Origin: an uncultured SAR324 cluster bacterium
GTDB lineage: Bacteria; SAR324; NAC60-12
Assembly: GCA_902564345.1 (NCBI GenBank)
Contig: CACFAY010000003.1
Location: forward strand, 9,527-73,526
Length of the DNA: 64,000 nucleotides
Direction of reading: 5' to 3'
The notes beneath the pieces are model-generated. The model was not told where the DNA came from and searched no databases. It was given only the letters and a program-made list of their open reading frames with translations. This document shows, piece by piece, positions 61,226 to 64,000 of the stretch (positions within the stretch are counted from its first letter, which is position 1; every line of letters begins with the position of its first letter). Both the position numbers and the translations under genes were made by a program.

Positions 61226-62968
61226 ATGGAAAGAAAACTTAGCACCATTTTTGCCTCAGATGTAGTTGGATTTAGCAAAATGATGGGTAAAAATGAGGAG
61301 GAGACACTTCAAATACTAGGTGAAAGAAGAGAGGTAATTGACAATGTGATTACAGACCATAACGGATCTGTTTTCGGTGGTGCAGGTGATAGCTTGATAG
61401 CAGAATTTGTAAGCCCTGTAAAGGCTACTGAGTGTGCAGTACAGATGCAGATAAAAATGAATGACATGAATCAAAATATCCCAGAAAGTAAACAAATGAT
61501 TTTCAGGATTGGAATTAATATAGGTGATGTGATGGTTTCTAAAGGGAACCTTTTTGGCGATGCGGTTAATGTTGCTTCCAGACTAGAGTCTGCTGCAAAT
61601 CCATCTGGTATTTGTATCTCTAAACAAGTATTTGATCTGATTAATCAAAAACTACAGGTATCTTTTGAAGATGCAGGACTACTTAAATTAAAAAACATTG
61701 CTGAACCGATTCAGGCCTATTTTGTTGTTCAACATAAAGGGATTGAGCGCTATTTAAATTATGAAGATACTCCACACTTGAAAATTGAACGCGCTGAACC
61801 AGGTTCACTCGCTGTCATGCTTTTTAAAAACCTTAGTAGGGATGAGGAGCAAGAATATTTTTGTGAAGGTTTCTCTGAAGATCTAATTTCATCACTTTCC
61901 AAATTCAGCAAGCTACTAGTTGTTTCAGGTAATGCCAGTTTTAGCTATAAAGATAAATCAAAAACCCCAAAACAGATTGGTGAAGAACTTGGTGTAAGAT
62001 ATATCCTTGAAGGGAATGTACGAAAGCTGGGGGGGAAGGTGCGTATTGGAGCAAAGTTAGTTGCAGCTAACCGGGAAAGTACAGTCTGGTCTCATAATTT
62101 CGATACAACAATCGAAGATATTTTCGATATTCATGATGAAATAGTAGATACAATAGTCTCAACAATTGCAGGCAGAGTAGAGGATGATGAAGTAAAACTA
62201 CTATCGAGTACCCGACCTGAAAACCTAACTGCTTACGATCTTGTCCTTCATGGACTTGAACATCATAGGAAAAGCAATGTTACCGCTGATCATGCAAAAC
62301 AAGCAGTAGAACTATTTGAAAAGGCAATTAAAATTGATTCCAATTATGCTAGAGCTTATGCATGGAAGGCCTGTTCTCTGGCAAATTATGGAAGATGGAA
62401 TCCGAATGAATCAAGGGAAAGTATTCTAGAAAAGTGTACTAATTCAGTAACTAAGGCTTTGGAGATTGATCCAAATGATCATGAGGCTCATAGAATTATG
62501 GGAGCCATATCACTTGAAAAGGGTAATTTTGAACTTGCTAGGCACCACCATGAGAAGGCCAAACAACTCTGTCCAAGTGACGCTTATATTATGGGGAAAA
62601 ACGCCGCTTTACTTGTTTATCTCGGAGAACCTGAGAAAGCTCTTAAGACAGTACACTGGGCTATGAGGATAAACCCCTTCTGTCCTGATGACTTATATGT
62701 TGACGAAGGAATGTGTCATTATTGGTTAAAGAATTTTAAAGCAGCCATAAACTGTTTTAAAAAGATAAAAACACCTAATAAAGATAGCCTCTTTTATTTA
62801 GCTGCATCGTTTGCAAAAGCAGGACAGGAAAATGAATCAGCAGAAGCACTCAAGTTTGCTGTTAGAACAACAGGTTTAAGTTTTGAAAACTTTGTGAAAT
62901 CCCAACGATATCAGAATCCGGAGTATAATACAGATCTTCTGGAAGTTTTGGATGCAATTCCTAAATGA
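61226..62968 (+). CDS. class III nucleotidyl cyclase domain + TolB-N-like domain + TPR repeats
   Basis: 580 aa. IFASDVVGFSKMM, GDSLIAEF and GDAVNVASRLES (cyclase core), then LAVMLFKNLS...YILEGNVRK (TolB-N-like), then TPR-like helices. Confidence 0.8.
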   Translation: MERKLSTIFASDVVGFSKMMGKNEEETLQILGERREVIDNVITDHNGSVFGGAGDSLIAEFVSPVKATECAVQMQIKMNDMNQNIPESKQMIFRIGINIGDVMVSKGNLFGDAVNVASRLESAANPSGICISKQVFDLINQKLQVSFEDAGLLKLKNIAEPIQAYFVVQHKGIERYLNYEDTPHLKIERAEPGSLAVMLFKNLSRDEEQEYFCEGFSEDLISSLSKFSKLLVVSGNASFSYKDKSKTPKQIGEELGVRYILEGNVRKLGGKVRIGAKLVAANRESTVWSHNFDTTIEDIFDIHDEIVDTIVSTIAGRVEDDEVKLLSSTRPENLTAYDLVLHGLEHHRKSNVTADHAKQAVELFEKAIKIDSNYARAYAWKACSLANYGRWNPNESRESILEKCTNSVTKALEIDPNDHEAHRIMGAISLEKGNFELARHHHEKAKQLCPSDAYIMGKNAALLVYLGEPEKALKTVHWAMRINPFCPDDLYVDEGMCHYWLKNFKAAINCFKKIKTPNKDSLFYLAASFAKAGQENESAEALKFAVRTTGLSFENFVKSQRYQNPEYNTDLLEVLDAIPK

Positions 62969-62979
62969 TACCTTTAAAA

Positions 62980-63603
62980 TTAATCTGGCCTAACCATAGT
63001 GAATATTGTTTTGCCACTTACACTAGTATAATCATTGTATCCCATTCTTCCAATGGGGTTTATTTTTGCGATATCTACCAGACCGTTTTCAGTTAAACAT
63101 TCGTCACGAATGTGAATCCCAATTACTTCACCAAGTACTAGAAAATATCGGTCCCTTTCTTCCCAACTTGGCACACGTATACTTTTCAGGTAACGACATT
63201 CCAGATTAACAGGAGTTTCTGCAACACGAGGAACATTTACCAGGTTTGAAATGAGAGGAGTTAAACCTGACAGTTCCATTTCATCTGTTTTGGGAGAAAC
63301 AGAAGCTGAAGTCTGGTTCATTTGATCTCTTGTTTCCCAAGTGGCAAGGTTGCAGACAAATTCACCAGTAGCTTCTATATTCCTGAGAGTATCCTTCATA
63401 CCGTCTTTCCCACTGCTTGAACCAGAAGAAAACATAACCGTGGGCGGTCTGTAACATACTGCATTAAAAAAACTGTATGGAGCTAGATTTATATTTCCCT
63501 CATTATCAATTGAACTTATCCAACCAATAGGACGGGGAACAATAAGACTGTTGAAAGGATTTTTTGACAATCCATGGTTATTTTTTGAAGGTTCATAAAA
63601 CAT
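62980..63603 (-). CDS. flavin reductase family protein (FMN-binding split barrel)
   Basis: 207 aa. LIVPRPIGWISS...GNINLAPYSFFNAV is typical. Confidence 0.8.
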   Translation of the reverse strand: MFYEPSKNNHGLSKNPFNSLIVPRPIGWISSIDNEGNINLAPYSFFNAVCYRPPTVMFSSGSSSGKDGMKDTLRNIEATGEFVCNLATWETRDQMNQTSASVSPKTDEMELSGLTPLISNLVNVPRVAETPVNLECRYLKSIRVPSWEERDRYFLVLGEVIGIHIRDECLTENGLVDIAKINPIGRMGYNDYTSVSGKTIFTMVRPD

Positions 63604-63836
63604 ATTAATATTTTTAAGTTAGATGTTCTCTTTACCAAAAAGTCAAGTATATTACATTAAAAATCATTTTTGCAAAAAAGGCTTTAAAGTTAAAATTTTA
63701 AAAATTCACAGTAGATCTGAACTCTTGCATCAAGTATTCAATTAAAGTAATCTCTAACCATTATTATATATTTAAGAAAGTCTTGATGTGGCATTAGAAG
63801 GATTATGAAAGAAAACATAAATGATATTAAAAATTA

Positions 63837-64000
63837 ATGAATGAAAATTTTATTATAAATCGATTTTTCAAAAACCGTCCAAAAAGTTATGGAAATTTCC
63901 TTGTACTAATTGGTGTGTTAATACTGACCCCAGACACCATGGTAATGAGATTTTCAAATCTTGACCGCTGGCCATTGATGGGCTGGAGAGGAGTTTTAAT
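63837..64000 (+). CDS. DMT/EamA-like transporter, N-terminal fragment running off the right edge
   Basis: Not in the ORF track. The ATG at 63837 opens MNENFIINRFFKNRPKSYGNFLVLIGVLILTPDTMVMRF..., which is hydrophobic with a TPDT-type motif seen in EamA proteins. Only 54 codons are visible. Confidence 0.4.
   Translation, partial: MNENFIINRFFKNRPKSYGNFLVLIGVLILTPDTMVMRFSNLDRWPLMGWRGVL

Overview
This is a visibly AT-rich bacterial chromosomal segment. The gene content (MttB-family, DmdA-like, BMP nucleoside transporter, haloalkane dehalogenase, IcmF, DUF3015) suggests a marine heterotrophic proteobacterium-like organism. I support about 55 protein-coding genes, one clear pseudogene (galK) and a few hairpins or inverted repeats. 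I found no rRNA, tRNA, CRISPR array, transposase, integrase or phage gene, so it reads as core or accessory metabolism rather than a mobile island. Left to right the content is: (1) an XPB-type helicase overlapping the start of a DUF790/Bax1-like gene that runs off the left edge; (2) an orphan lipoamide-dehydrogenase-like flavoprotein and an ABC exporter; (3) a gcdH / YbiC-like / icmF run; (4) a single-polypeptide CydD-CydC-like ABC protein; (5) a Dpp-type peptide ABC importer; (6) a small Fe-S locus with IscU, a DUF6494-like protein and a rhodanese-NfuA fusion; (7) a decayed galK beside an intact galM, a YtoQ gene and a BMP-type ABC importer; (8) several unknown envelope proteins; (9) a PQQ-dehydrogenase / cytochrome c pair; (10) a DmdA-like GcvT-family enzyme; (11) two tandem paralogous lipoproteins of unknown function directly upstream of a non-pyrrolysine MttB-family methyltransferase; (12) redox and detoxification enzymes (two quinone oxidoreductases, GST, GGT, haloalkane dehalogenase, tartrate dehydrogenase, FAH-family protein, flavin reductase); (13) a three-TM protein with a cNMP-binding domain; and (14) a class III cyclase with TPR repeats. 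The candidates I rate most worth follow-up are the tandem lipoprotein pair, the overlapping XPB/DUF790 module, the Popeye-like membrane cNMP-domain protein together with the atypical cyclase, and the rhodanese-NfuA fusion. All family calls rest on motif recognition by eye from the translated ORFs. No searches or computations were run, and start codons are approximate.
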